Assembly: GCA_964577535.1 (NCBI GenBank)
Contig: CAZNZO010000005.1
Location: 31,433-95,432, forward strand
Origin: an uncultured Oscillospiraceae bacterium
GTDB lineage: Bacteria; Bacillota; Clostridia; Christensenellales; CAG-314
Direction of reading: 5' to 3'
DNA length: 64,000 nucleotides
The position numbers and the translations under genes were made by a program. This document shows positions 34,254 through 44,121 of the stretch, piece by piece. Every line of letters starts with the position of its first letter. Within the stretch, counting starts at the first letter, position 1. The notes under the pieces are model-generated. The model was given only the letters and a program-made list of their open reading frames with translations, made no database searches and was not told the DNA's origin.

Positions 34254-36803
34254 ATGAGTAAAAAAATTCCGTTTATCATTTTGCTGGTTGTTTTGTTGAT
34301 TAGCAGTTGTGCAGGTGCTTTTGCTTTCGGCGCAACGGAAGAAGATGAGGGGTATCCTAGTGATGGCAGCCTTACTTGGATTGAGAAGTACAAAACTGAA
34401 CTTCCAAACATCTATAATTCGGCCATGTGGCAATACCAAAATGTCGGTTCTAATGCAAAAGGTTCTCATTCCGTGGATAGCGATGGAAGTGTAAATATTC
34501 AGCCGGTGGCAGGCCGGGGCAAAGTTGCTGATAACAACATTGGCATGTGCTATTACTACACCGAACTTGATGCCACAAAATACAATTTCTATATTGAAGC
34601 AACTTTCACAGTCACCAAGTGGAAGGGGGACAACCAAAACGGTTTTGGCGTTATTTGCACCGACACGCTGGGCGTCGTTGGGCAAGATACAAACAGTGGA
34701 TTTGTAAACTATGTTGCTTCCGGCTGTATGAAAACTACTGGTAATAACTATAATGTTCCGGCAGGGCGCAGCATTTACGGATACATAAGTCCGGATGGTT
34801 CTAGTCCCAGTGAAGATGCTGCCGGCTCGGGAGATTCACTTGTGCAAACATCAGCAAGCGGCTTTGGCGATGAAGGCGCGGTAAGCGGCGAAGGCGAAAC
34901 CTATAAATTTGCCTTGCGCAAATCCAACACTGGCTACCATGCAATTATGCTTTCTTCAAAAACAGGCACTTGCTATTACGAAAAAGTGTTTTATGGCCCG
35001 GAAAAATTGCTTGCCCAAGATAGTGACAATCCCGACAGTGTTTACATTGGATTTTTTGCTTCTCGCAATGTTAGTGTCAAAGTTTCAGATGTGTTCTATG
35101 CTACACCTGAGGCTGCCACCGACGAGCGCAAGTACGACGAACCCCCAAAACTAATTCCTTTGCAACTCACCATTTTGTCTTCCCAGTATCGCACTGGAAG
35201 CGACTACACCTACCAAATGCGCGCTAATGCCGCAGGAACTTTGGAAGTTGTTGATGGCAAAAAGAATGTTTTAGTTAACAATGTCCACATGGAAGAAGAT
35301 GAACTGTTCACCCAGCAACTAACTTTGCCAGAAGAAGGCACGGTCTCGCTGAAAATAAGATACTATCCGGATAGTAGTCTTATTGCTAGTGGAACGGTTG
35401 CGCTAGTGATTTATCAACACAAGTTGCCGAGCAATGGCGAAATATACGCTGATCCCTTCGTTAAGGAGGGTACCGGCGCCGGCTCCAAAGAAGATCCTGT
35501 AAGCCTTGTGGATGCATTGAACTACGCCCGACCGGGACAGACTATTATTTTGAGGGATGGTGTATATAAACCAATCAGCAAAATAGCTATTTCTCGTGGC
35601 GTGAACGGCACGGCAGAACAGCCCATTGTTTTGCGTGCGGAAACCATCGGCGGCGTCACCTTCGATTTCAGCGAAGTTAAAAACTGCAAAAATGAAGCAT
35701 TTCTTATTGCTGGCAACTATTGGCATGTATCCGGAATCAACGTTATAAATGCACCAAACAAAAGTGTCGATAGTCAAGGTAACGAAACACCTTGGTCTAT
35801 CAAGGGCTTCCGCATCAGCGGTTCCTACAACGTGTTGGAACGTTGCACAGCGCATCACAACAGCAACACCGGTATTCAAATTTCCGGCAACAGCAGCGAA
35901 TCGTATTCTTGCTGGCCGGCATATAACCTAGTTAAAAATTGCGATAGCTACCTGAACTGTGACCCCACCATGCAAGATGCCGATGGTTTTGCTGTTAAAC
36001 TTACCGTTGGCGATGGCAACAAGTTGTTTGGATGCGTGGCCTATAACAACATCGACGACGGCTACGATCTGTATGCAAAATCCGTAACGGGAAGCATCGG
36101 CGCAGTGGTTATTGATAGTTGCGTTGCTTACAATAACGGCTATCTTTCCGTTGACGACTTGTCCGATCCCGACAAGACGGGCGAAGGTAACGGCTTCAAA
36201 CTGGGTGGAGAAAGTTTGCCCGGCAAACATCAACTTATCAACAGCATTGCATTTGGCAATGGTGCAAAAGGTATCACAAGCAACAGTTGCCCCGACGTTA
36301 TCATCAAAAATTGCACGGCTTATAATAACAACGTTTATTCGACCACGCAAGAAGGAGTGAACACCGAAAATGTTTCTTTGTATGCTAAACGAAACGGACA
36401 GACTACTGAATTTGTAGTGGAAGGACTAATTTCCATTATGTCTGGATACTCAGCAAAGCAAGATAAATATGCACTCACAAACCAAGAAGACATCAAATCT
36501 GTTGATAACTACATTTGGGATGGTCAAAATTGCACAAATGGTACAGACATTTTGTCAGCGGCCGATTTGTTCGAGAATGTTGATATTTCTAACGTAAAAA
36601 TCACTCGAAACAAAAACGGCGAAATTGATATGAATGGTTTGTTGGTCCTCAAAAAAGATATTCTCCCCAATTCTGGTGCGCATATCAACGAGCCTTCAAA
36701 CAATGCTTGGTTGTGGATTGTAATTTCTGCATGCGCAGTGGTCGTTATAGCCGTTGGCGCAGTGGCTGGCATTGTTATTGTTAAAAAACGTAAAACGCGC
36801 TAG
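34254..36803 (+). CDS. Secreted, C-terminally membrane-anchored right-handed beta-helix protein, probable pectate lyase (PL9-like) with an N-terminal ConA-like domain
   Basis: Signal peptide MSKKIPFIILLVVLLISSCAGAFAFGA. Beta-helix motifs: PVSLVDALNYARPGQTIILRDGVYKP, QDADGFAVKL, NNIDDGYDLYAKS, GEGNGFKLGGES. C-terminal TM is WLWIVISACAVVVIAVGAVAGIVIV followed by KKRKTR. Confidence 0.72.
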   Translation: MSKKIPFIILLVVLLISSCAGAFAFGATEEDEGYPSDGSLTWIEKYKTELPNIYNSAMWQYQNVGSNAKGSHSVDSDGSVNIQPVAGRGKVADNNIGMCYYYTELDATKYNFYIEATFTVTKWKGDNQNGFGVICTDTLGVVGQDTNSGFVNYVASGCMKTTGNNYNVPAGRSIYGYISPDGSSPSEDAAGSGDSLVQTSASGFGDEGAVSGEGETYKFALRKSNTGYHAIMLSSKTGTCYYEKVFYGPEKLLAQDSDNPDSVYIGFFASRNVSVKVSDVFYATPEAATDERKYDEPPKLIPLQLTILSSQYRTGSDYTYQMRANAAGTLEVVDGKKNVLVNNVHMEEDELFTQQLTLPEEGTVSLKIRYYPDSSLIASGTVALVIYQHKLPSNGEIYADPFVKEGTGAGSKEDPVSLVDALNYARPGQTIILRDGVYKPISKIAISRGVNGTAEQPIVLRAETIGGVTFDFSEVKNCKNEAFLIAGNYWHVSGINVINAPNKSVDSQGNETPWSIKGFRISGSYNVLERCTAHHNSNTGIQISGNSSESYSCWPAYNLVKNCDSYLNCDPTMQDADGFAVKLTVGDGNKLFGCVAYNNIDDGYDLYAKSVTGSIGAVVIDSCVAYNNGYLSVDDLSDPDKTGEGNGFKLGGESLPGKHQLINSIAFGNGAKGITSNSCPDVIIKNCTAYNNNVYSTTQEGVNTENVSLYAKRNGQTTEFVVEGLISIMSGYSAKQDKYALTNQEDIKSVDNYIWDGQNCTNGTDILSAADLFENVDISNVKITRNKNGEIDMNGLLVLKKDILPNSGAHINEPSNNAWLWIVISACAVVVIAVGAVAGIVIVKKRKTR

Positions 36804-36883
36804 GCGCATCAGCAACTAACGTTGCATCAAATTGACCCCTTCTTTCTCCAACGGTCGTTAATAATAACGACAGTTCGAACCGG

Positions 36884-36928
36884 GCCGTGGTTGTCTCGCC
36901 AATAGGCAACCACGGCATTTGGTTTTTT
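36884..36928 (+). terminator. Terminator after the lyase-like gene
   Basis: Perfect 10-bp stem gccgtggttg / caaccacggc with a 13-nt loop, followed by atttggtttttt. Confidence 0.65.
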
Positions 36929-36951
36929 ATAAGCTTTTTGGGAGGAAAACC

Positions 36952-38352
36952 ATGAAAATAAAATTGGCCTACATAGGCGGCGGCTCAAAGCAATGGGCGC
37001 GAGTGTTTATGAACGATCTTGCACTTACGCAAGGCATCGAGGGCGAAATTGCCCTGTATGATATCGACGTTGAGGCGGCTCGCCGTAACGCCGCAATAGG
37101 CGAAAAAATAAACCAGCATCCTTCCACCCTAACCAAGTGGAACTACGTTGTCTACGAAAATTTGCATCAGGCTTTGCAGGGCGCAAACTTTGTTGCGCTA
37201 TCCATTTTGCCTGGAACCTTCGACGAAATGCAATCGGACGTTCATCAGCCGGAAAAATTTGGCGTGTACCAATCGGTGGGCGATACTGTCGGCGCCGGCG
37301 GAGTGTTGCGTGCCATGCGCACTGTGCCCCTATATGAAGGCTTTGCGCGCGCCATAAAACAGTGTTGCCCCAATGCGTGGGTCATAAATTTCACCAACCC
37401 AATGTCCGTTTGCGTAAAAACACTCTACGACGTTTTTCCGGAAATAAAGGCGTTCGGTTGTTGTCACGAAGTGTTTCATGCACAAAACTATTTGTGTTGT
37501 GTGGTCGCCGAAACTTTGGGCATCAGCCGCCCCGACAGGTTGCAACTATGCACCGATGCCAGCGGCATAAACCATTTCACATGGATAACCGAAGCTACTT
37601 TTGAGGGGCGCGACGTGCTAAAAATGTTGCCAAATTTCATCGAAAAACACTTTGAAAGCGGCTATTGTGAACGCACCGAAAACCCCTTTGAATACCAAAA
37701 CGACTATTTTTTGTGCGGCAACAAGGTGAAAATGGATTTGTTCCGCCGCTACGGAGTTTTGGGCGCCGCCGGCGACAGGCATTTGGCAGAATTTATGAAC
37801 GGCGCATGGTATTTGAAAAACCCCGAAACGGTGCAAAAGTGGGGATTTGCCCTTACGCCTGTTTCCTTCCGAAAAAAACAGCAGGCAGAACGCATTGAAC
37901 AATCCATTCGCCTTGCATCTGGCCAGGAGGAAGTTTGCGTAAGCAAATCCAGCGAAGAAGCGGTGGAACTAATAAAGGCCATTTGCGGCTTGGGCAAACG
38001 CATTTCCAACGTCAACGTTCCCAACGTCGGGCAAATGAGCGACCTTCCGCTTGGAGTAATTGTGGAAACAAACTGCGTTTTCGATACCGACAAAGTTAGC
38101 CCAATTGCGGCAAAACCGTTGCCTATGGCCGTTGCAAATTTGGTATACCAAAACGCCATGAACGAAGAAACGTGTTTTCAAGGCATAAAGCAGCGAGATT
38201 TCAACGTTATTTTTCAAAGTTTCGTCAATCAACCAACCCTTTCGGCACTGTCGGTAGAGCAAGCAAAACGCTTGTTTGTGGATATGGTTTTGAACACTCG
38301 CAAATATTTGGACGAGTTTTTCAACGTGGATGCTTTTGCCTTTGGCAAGTGA
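36952..38352 (+). CDS. GH4 family glycosidase (LplD-like alpha-galacturonidase candidate)
   Basis: Start placed at ATG 36952 after gggagg. N-terminal NAD-binding motif KLAYIGGGS. A GH4 signature-like motif AWVINFTNPMSV is present. The pectin-locus context fits. Confidence 0.82.
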   Translation: MKIKLAYIGGGSKQWARVFMNDLALTQGIEGEIALYDIDVEAARRNAAIGEKINQHPSTLTKWNYVVYENLHQALQGANFVALSILPGTFDEMQSDVHQPEKFGVYQSVGDTVGAGGVLRAMRTVPLYEGFARAIKQCCPNAWVINFTNPMSVCVKTLYDVFPEIKAFGCCHEVFHAQNYLCCVVAETLGISRPDRLQLCTDASGINHFTWITEATFEGRDVLKMLPNFIEKHFESGYCERTENPFEYQNDYFLCGNKVKMDLFRRYGVLGAAGDRHLAEFMNGAWYLKNPETVQKWGFALTPVSFRKKQQAERIEQSIRLASGQEEVCVSKSSEEAVELIKAICGLGKRISNVNVPNVGQMSDLPLGVIVETNCVFDTDKVSPIAAKPLPMAVANLVYQNAMNEETCFQGIKQRDFNVIFQSFVNQPTLSALSVEQAKRLFVDMVLNTRKYLDEFFNVDAFAFGK

Positions 38353-38421
38353 AATTTTTTGGGCATAAAGCAAGCAATACGCTTGCGCAGTTGTGCGCTT
38401 TTGGCGTAAAATAAAAAAGTT

Positions 38422-39426
38422 ATGGAACATTTAATTTTTTCACTTAATGCAGTTTTGCCACTGGTGGCCATGATAGCCATTGGCATGATTTTGCGCAAAG
38501 TTGGCGTAAAGGACGAATTTTGGAACGTTGCAAACAAACTGGTGTTCAGGCTGTTTTTGCCTGTGTTGCTGTTCTACAATGTGTATAACATCAGCGATTT
38601 TTCCGAAATAAATTGGAGCTTCGTTTTGTATGCAGTTGTTGCAATTTTCGTGGTTTTTGCCTTGGCAATGGCGCTAGTGCCCTTGTTTGTTAAGGATAAT
38701 GCGCGCCGTGGCGTGATAGTGCAAGCACTTTTCCGCAGCAACTATGCAATTATCGGCGTGCCCCTTGCAACCAGTTTGTACGGAGCGGCAGGCGCCGCGG
38801 CGGCAAGTTTGCTTTCGGCATTTATCATCCCCACTTTCAACGTGCTTTCCGTTGTGGCACTTTCGGCTTTTCAGCCTAAGGGCGAAAAGAAAAACGCCAT
38901 TGCAAAGGTGCTGAGGGGCATTGTCACCAATCCGCTTATCATTGCCGTTTGTTGCGGTGTGGTGGTGCTGCTTATTCGCAAGTTGTTGCAAAACGCATCG
39001 GTAGATTTTCGCCTGTTCGATTTTTCGCTGTGCGGCGTGCAAGTGACGCTGTTGGGAAGTATTGTCAAAAGTTTGGCCAACGTTGCCACGCCTTTGGCGC
39101 TTTTGGTTTTGGGCGGTAGGTTTAGTTTTGCCGAAACAAAAACCAACGGCAAAACTGTTACGATAGTAACTGCGTTAAGAATGGTTGTGTTACCGGTGGT
39201 TGCCATTGCGTGCGCCTACCTTATTGTTCCTTCCCTTGGCGGAGTGCATTTTGCCGTGTATCTTTCGGTGTTTGCTTCCCCCGTTGCAGTGGCATCGGCC
39301 GTTATGGCAAAGGAAATGGATGGCGACGACGTTTTGGCTGGACAACTGGTTGTGTGGAACACTCTTGTTTCGGCAGTTACGCTATTTGTTTTCATTGCCG
39401 CAATGAGGGCCATCGGGCTTATATAA
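38422..39426 (+). CDS. AEC (auxin efflux carrier) family transporter
   Basis: 334 aa with about 10 TM helices. N-terminus LNAVLPLVAMIAIGMILRKVGV is typical of the family. Confidence 0.8.
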   Translation: MEHLIFSLNAVLPLVAMIAIGMILRKVGVKDEFWNVANKLVFRLFLPVLLFYNVYNISDFSEINWSFVLYAVVAIFVVFALAMALVPLFVKDNARRGVIVQALFRSNYAIIGVPLATSLYGAAGAAAASLLSAFIIPTFNVLSVVALSAFQPKGEKKNAIAKVLRGIVTNPLIIAVCCGVVVLLIRKLLQNASVDFRLFDFSLCGVQVTLLGSIVKSLANVATPLALLVLGGRFSFAETKTNGKTVTIVTALRMVVLPVVAIACAYLIVPSLGGVHFAVYLSVFASPVAVASAVMAKEMDGDDVLAGQLVVWNTLVSAVTLFVFIAAMRAIGLI

Positions 39427-39463
39427 ACGTCCGTTTTGTGCATAAAACAGTATATATTTGACC

Positions 39464-39492
39464 TTGCAAAAGCGCAAAAATAGTTATATTAT
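39464..39492 (+). promoter_or_regulatory. Candidate promoter of kduD
   Basis: TTGCAA (39464-39469), 17-nt spacer, TATTAT (39487-39492). Confidence 0.45.
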
Positions 39493-39521
39493 ATATTTAT
39501 CTATCCTGGAGGTATGTTTTT

Positions 39522-40277
39522 ATGATACTAGACAAATTCAGTTTGAAAGGAAAAGTCGCCATTGTTACCGGCAGCGACACCGGTCTTGGACAAGGTTTTT
39601 GCAAAGCCTTTGTGGAAGCCGGAGCAAAAGTTTTGGGCGTTTCCGTTGTTCCCAGCGAAGCTACGCTTCAAATGCTTGGTGCAGAAAATTTCTGCTACAT
39701 GACGGAAGATCTCACCTCTCAAGAACCCATTCAACGCATCATCGATAAGGCCGTTGAAGTGTTTGGCAGAGTTGATATTTTGGTTAACAACGCCGGCATC
39801 ATCAAAAGGCAAGACGCCATTGAATTTTCCGAACAAAACTGGGATAGCGTAATGGCTTTGAACGCAAAAACAGTGTTCTTCTTCAGCCAAGCCGTTGCTC
39901 GCAAGTTTATTGAACAAGGCGGTGGCGGAAAAATCATTTCCGTTGCAAGCATGCTTTCCTATCAAGGTGGCATTCGCGTGCCCAGCTATACGGCAAGCAA
40001 ATCGGCCGTCAAGGGCATCACAATGAGCATGGCAAACGAATGGGCAAAATATGGCATCAACGTTAACGCAATTGCTCCGGGATACATGGCAACCAACAAC
40101 ACGCAAGCTTTGCGCGCCGATAAGGATCGCAGCGAAGCCATTTTGGATAGAATCCCCGCAGGTCGCTGGGGAACGCCCGATGATATCATGGGCGCGGCAG
40201 TGTTCCTTGCTTCGTCGGCATCCGACTACGTGAACGGTTTCACTTTGGCTGTTGACGGCGGTTGGCTGGCAAGATAG
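39522..40277 (+). CDS. kduD: 2-dehydro-3-deoxy-D-gluconate 5-dehydrogenase (SDR)
   Basis: 251 aa. Motifs: KVAIVTGSDTGLGQG, NNAG, YTASKSAVKG. Context with kduI, kdgK and eda supports the call. Confidence 0.87.
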   Translation: MILDKFSLKGKVAIVTGSDTGLGQGFCKAFVEAGAKVLGVSVVPSEATLQMLGAENFCYMTEDLTSQEPIQRIIDKAVEVFGRVDILVNNAGIIKRQDAIEFSEQNWDSVMALNAKTVFFFSQAVARKFIEQGGGGKIISVASMLSYQGGIRVPSYTASKSAVKGITMSMANEWAKYGINVNAIAPGYMATNNTQALRADKDRSEAILDRIPAGRWGTPDDIMGAAVFLASSASDYVNGFTLAVDGGWLAR

Positions 40278-40418
40278 TTTTGATTTTTGCAATACGTCCG
40301 CAAAGTGCATTTTTGCATGCGGGCGTTTGTGTAGTTTTTTAGCAATTTCACCTTAGAGGGTTTTGCAATGCTCGTGCCGTGCCACAAGGCACGGTTCGGG
40401 TACAGCATAGGAGAAAAT

Positions 40419-41381
40419 ATGAAAGATTATATCAGTTGTATGGAAAGCGTGGGTATCATCCCCGTAATCAAATTGGATGACGTTTCTTTTGCCGCCGATT
40501 TGGCAAAAGCGTTGTATGAAGGCGGAATTCGCGCAGCGGAAGTTACTTTCCGTGCCAAGGATGCCGATAAGGCCATTGCAGCAATGGTCAAGGCCTATCC
40601 CGACATGTTGGTTGGCGCAGGAACGGTGCTAACCGTTGAACAAGTGGATGCCGCAATCGATGCCGGCGCAAAATTCTGCGTGGCACCGGGCCTAAACCCC
40701 AAAGTTGTTAGCCACTGTCTGTCCAGAGGAATCCCCTTTGTTCCCGGCGTTGCTAACGGCAGTCAAATTGAACAAGCAATGGAATTGGGCTTGGATTTTG
40801 TAAAATTCTTCCCTGCCGAACAGGCTGGCGGCATTGCCTACATCAAGGCAATTTCCGCACCCTATTCGGAAATGCGTTTTATGCCCACCGGCGGCGTTAA
40901 CGAAAACAACATGTTGGATTATCTCACCAACCCCAAAGTTGTTTGCTGTGGTGGCAGTTGGATTGTTCCCGCAAATTTGGTTAAGGCTCGCGATGTGGAA
41001 GGCATCACTCGTTTGTGCAAAAACGCTGTAACCAAAATGTTGGCATTCCGTTTGGCACACATTGGCATCAATCAACAAAACGAAAGTCAAGCTTTGCAAA
41101 CGGCAAAGATTTTTGAAGATTTGTTTGGTTGGGGCGTTAAGGATGGCAATTCCAGCACCTTTGCTGGCACGGAAGTGGAAGTTATGAAGAGCGTTGGCAG
41201 AGGAACAAACGGACACATTGCCGTTTCCACGCCCAACGTTAACCGCGCTGTTGCTCAACTTTCCATGCGTGGCGTTCGTTTCGACGAAAGCAGTTTCAAA
41301 CGTGACGAAAAAGGCAATTTGAAGGTTGCCTATTTGGCAGAAGAAATTGGCGGCTTTGCCGTGCATTTCATTAAGAGATAA
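40419..41381 (+). CDS. eda: KDPG/KHG aldolase (Eda) fused to a C-terminal VOC (glyoxalase-like) domain
   Basis: Start placed at ATG 40419 after aggag. Aldolase motifs: GIRAAEVTFR, GAGTVL, DFVKFFPAE, MPTGGV. About 110 extra C-terminal residues follow (FRLAHIGINQQ...GHIAVSTPNVNRAVAQL...GGFAVHFIKR). Confidence 0.8.
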   Translation: MKDYISCMESVGIIPVIKLDDVSFAADLAKALYEGGIRAAEVTFRAKDADKAIAAMVKAYPDMLVGAGTVLTVEQVDAAIDAGAKFCVAPGLNPKVVSHCLSRGIPFVPGVANGSQIEQAMELGLDFVKFFPAEQAGGIAYIKAISAPYSEMRFMPTGGVNENNMLDYLTNPKVVCCGGSWIVPANLVKARDVEGITRLCKNAVTKMLAFRLAHIGINQQNESQALQTAKIFEDLFGWGVKDGNSSTFAGTEVEVMKSVGRGTNGHIAVSTPNVNRAVAQLSMRGVRFDESSFKRDEKGNLKVAYLAEEIGGFAVHFIKR

Positions 41382-41392
41382 GGAGATTTATT

Positions 41393-42415
41393 ATGGCAAA
41401 GGTAATCACTTTTGGAGAAATAATGTTGCGTTTGTCCACCAACGGATATCAACGCTTTGTGCAATCGGATAACTTCGACGTTGTGTATGGCGGCGGCGAA
41501 GCCAACGTTGCAGTTTCTTTGGCAAACTATGGCCACGATGCATATTTTGTGACCAAACTTCCCACACACGAAATTGGTCAATGTGCAGTGGATTCGTTGC
41601 GCAGATATGGCGTAAATGTCGATTTTATCGCTCGTGGTGGCGACAGAGTGGGCATCTACTTTTTGGAAACCGGCGCAAGCATGCGTCCTTCCAAAGTTAT
41701 CTACGACCGCGCACACAGCAGCGTTTCCGAATGCGTTCCCGAAGATTTTGATTTTGACGAAATTTTTAAGGATGCAACCTGGTTCCACTGGACGGGCATC
41801 ACCCCCGCTTTGGGCAAAAACACTCAAAAGGTGTTGAAACAAGCGCTGATTTGCGCCAAAAAGCACGGCGTAACCGTTTCTTGCGACCTTAACTACCGCA
41901 AAAAATTGTGGACTCCGGCCGAAGCACAAGAATGCATGACCGATTTGATGCAATACGTAGACGTTTGCATCGGCAACGAAGAAGATGCCGAAAAATGTTT
42001 GGGATTCAAACCCGGCGAAACGGACGTTACCACCGGCGATTTGCAACTTGGCGGCTACAAGCAAATTTTTGAACAAATGAAAGAAAAATTCGGTTTCAAG
42101 TATATTGCAACCAGCCTTCGCGAAAGTTATTCGGCATCGGATAACGGTTGGAGCGCACTTGCATACGACGGAAAAGAATTTTATCACAGCAAAAAATATC
42201 AAGTGAGAATTGTGGACCGTGTTGGCGGCGGCGATAGCTTCAGCGGCGGATTTATTCACGGTTTGCTAAAATATGGCGATTTCAAAAAAGCGTTGGAATT
42301 CGGCGTGGCTGCAAGTGCTTTGAAACACACCATCCCCGGCGACTTCAACCTTGTTAGCGAAAGCGAAGTGGAAACACTCATGAACGGCGATGCATCCGGC
42401 CGCGTTCAACGCTAA
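41393..42415 (+). CDS. kdgK: 2-dehydro-3-deoxygluconokinase (PfkB family)
   Basis: 340 aa. Motifs: VITFGEIMLRLS, GGGEANVAVSLA, DRVGGGDSFSGGFIHGL. Confidence 0.87.
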   Translation: MAKVITFGEIMLRLSTNGYQRFVQSDNFDVVYGGGEANVAVSLANYGHDAYFVTKLPTHEIGQCAVDSLRRYGVNVDFIARGGDRVGIYFLETGASMRPSKVIYDRAHSSVSECVPEDFDFDEIFKDATWFHWTGITPALGKNTQKVLKQALICAKKHGVTVSCDLNYRKKLWTPAEAQECMTDLMQYVDVCIGNEEDAEKCLGFKPGETDVTTGDLQLGGYKQIFEQMKEKFGFKYIATSLRESYSASDNGWSALAYDGKEFYHSKKYQVRIVDRVGGGDSFSGGFIHGLLKYGDFKKALEFGVAASALKHTIPGDFNLVSESEVETLMNGDASGRVQR

Positions 42416-43251
42416 TGAAATTGTTTATTCGCGCCCACGATTTGGGCGTCAAGGGCATAGATAACGTTGTTGATCAACTGCAAAACTACGGTTTGGACGG
42501 CGTTCAACTTGTGGCATACAAGGTTTTGGATGTTCCCTATGCGCCGGACGGCATAACTGCGACTGTTGCATCGGAAGTGGGCAACAAGCTTGCCGCAGCC
42601 AGAAAAACCATTCCGCTTGTGGGAGCCTATTTCAATCCCGTTCACTCAAATGCGGCCAAAGTGCAACTAAGCAAAGAGGTTTTTCGCAGCTACGTTGACG
42701 TCTTGGATCAACTCGGCGCCAATTGCGTCGGTTCGGAAACGGGCAGTTTCAACGACGACAAGTGGACGTATCATCCACAAAACCGAACGGACAGTGCTTT
42801 GCAAACGGTTGTGGAAACTTTTGGCGGTTTGGCAAAATATGCTGCGCAAAAGAACAAATTTATTGCAATGGAAGGCGCGTTCGGCCACGTTTGTTACACC
42901 CCCGAAAGGTTGAAACAAGCGGTGGATCAAATAAACATGCCCAACGTCAAAATTATTTTTGACCTATACAACTATTTGGATATTTCCAACGTGGAACAGC
43001 GCTACGACATTTTGCAAAGGGGCCTGCAACTGTTTGGAAAAAACATAGTTGTGTTTCACATTAAGGATTGCGTTGTGCAAGGAGATAAGCTTGTGCAATG
43101 CGCAGTTGGCAAAGGTATTTTCGACTACGACGAAATACTAAAACAAATTTACAAGGTAAATCCCGACGCAAACCTTGTTTTCGAAGGAACTGTGGGCGAA
43201 GATATTGCCCCGTCGGTTAAGTTTATTAAGCAGAGGTTACAAGAATTATGA
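42415..43251 (+). CDS. Xylose-isomerase-like TIM-barrel protein (sugar phosphate isomerase/epimerase family), function unknown
   Basis: 278 aa with the family-typical motif VVFHIKDC. Its ATG shares one base with the kdgK TAA stop (TAATG), and its stop overlaps the kduI start (ATGA). Confidence 0.72.
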   Translation: MKLFIRAHDLGVKGIDNVVDQLQNYGLDGVQLVAYKVLDVPYAPDGITATVASEVGNKLAAARKTIPLVGAYFNPVHSNAAKVQLSKEVFRSYVDVLDQLGANCVGSETGSFNDDKWTYHPQNRTDSALQTVVETFGGLAKYAAQKNKFIAMEGAFGHVCYTPERLKQAVDQINMPNVKIIFDLYNYLDISNVEQRYDILQRGLQLFGKNIVVFHIKDCVVQGDKLVQCAVGKGIFDYDEILKQIYKVNPDANLVFEGTVGEDIAPSVKFIKQRLQEL

Positions 43252-44084
43252 AACTAGATAACAGATATTCAAATCATCCGGAAGATTCCAAACACTACAC
43301 CACAAAACAACTTCGCGAAAACTATTTGGTGGAGAAGCTGTTCGAAGAAGACGAAATTTCCCTCACCTATTCCCACCAAGACAGAATAATTTTTGGCGGA
43401 GCAATGCCCGTAACGCAAAAATTGGTGCTGGGCACCGCAAAGGAACTGGCTGCCGACTACTTTTTGCAACGCCGTGAAATGGGCGTTATAAACGTTGGCG
43501 GAGCAGGCGTCATCACCATTGACGGAGTTGACTACAAACTTAACTATAAGGAAGGAATCTACGTTGGAATGGGCGCAAAGGAAATTATCTTTTCCAGCGA
43601 CGACGGAAAAACCCCGGCAAAATTCTATTTGGCAAGTAGCCCTGCACACAAAACCTATCCCACGGTGCACCTAACAAAGGATATTGCCCGTCACGTTCCT
43701 TGCGGAGAAGAAGCAAACCTCAACAAGCGCGTTATCAACCAATTTGTGCATCCTGCAGTTTGCCAAAGTTGCCAACTTTCCATGGGTATGACAGAATTGG
43801 ATAAAACCAGCAGCTGGAACACAATGCCTTGCCACACGCACGAACGCCGCATGGAAGTTTATATGTATTTCGAACTTTCCGAAGAAAACGTGGTGTTCCA
43901 CTTCATGGGCACCAAGGAGGAAACTCGCCACATCATCATGCACAACGAACAAGCGGTTATTTCCCCCAGTTGGTCCATTCACAGTGGCGTTGGCACTAGC
44001 AACTACACCTTCATTTGGGCAATGTGCGGCGAAAACCAAGCGTTCGACGACATGGATACAATAGCAAATTCCGAATTGAAATAA
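43248..44084 (+). CDS. kduI: 5-dehydro-4-deoxy-D-glucuronate isomerase
   Basis: 278 aa. Cupin metal site MPCHTHERRMEVYMYFEL, plus N-terminal RYSNHPEDSKHYTTKQLRENYLV. Confidence 0.9.
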   Translation: MKLDNRYSNHPEDSKHYTTKQLRENYLVEKLFEEDEISLTYSHQDRIIFGGAMPVTQKLVLGTAKELAADYFLQRREMGVINVGGAGVITIDGVDYKLNYKEGIYVGMGAKEIIFSSDDGKTPAKFYLASSPAHKTYPTVHLTKDIARHVPCGEEANLNKRVINQFVHPAVCQSCQLSMGMTELDKTSSWNTMPCHTHERRMEVYMYFELSEENVVFHFMGTKEETRHIIMHNEQAVISPSWSIHSGVGTSNYTFIWAMCGENQAFDDMDTIANSELK

Positions 44085-44121
44085 CAATTTTTGCAACAAA
44101 ATATACACACGAGGTAACACG

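Noticed and set aside
36860-36880. gttcgaacc motif resembling a tRNA T-loop downstream of the lyase-like gene
   Set aside because: No acceptor stem, anticodon arm or D-arm could be built around it. The region is better explained by two terminator-type hairpins.
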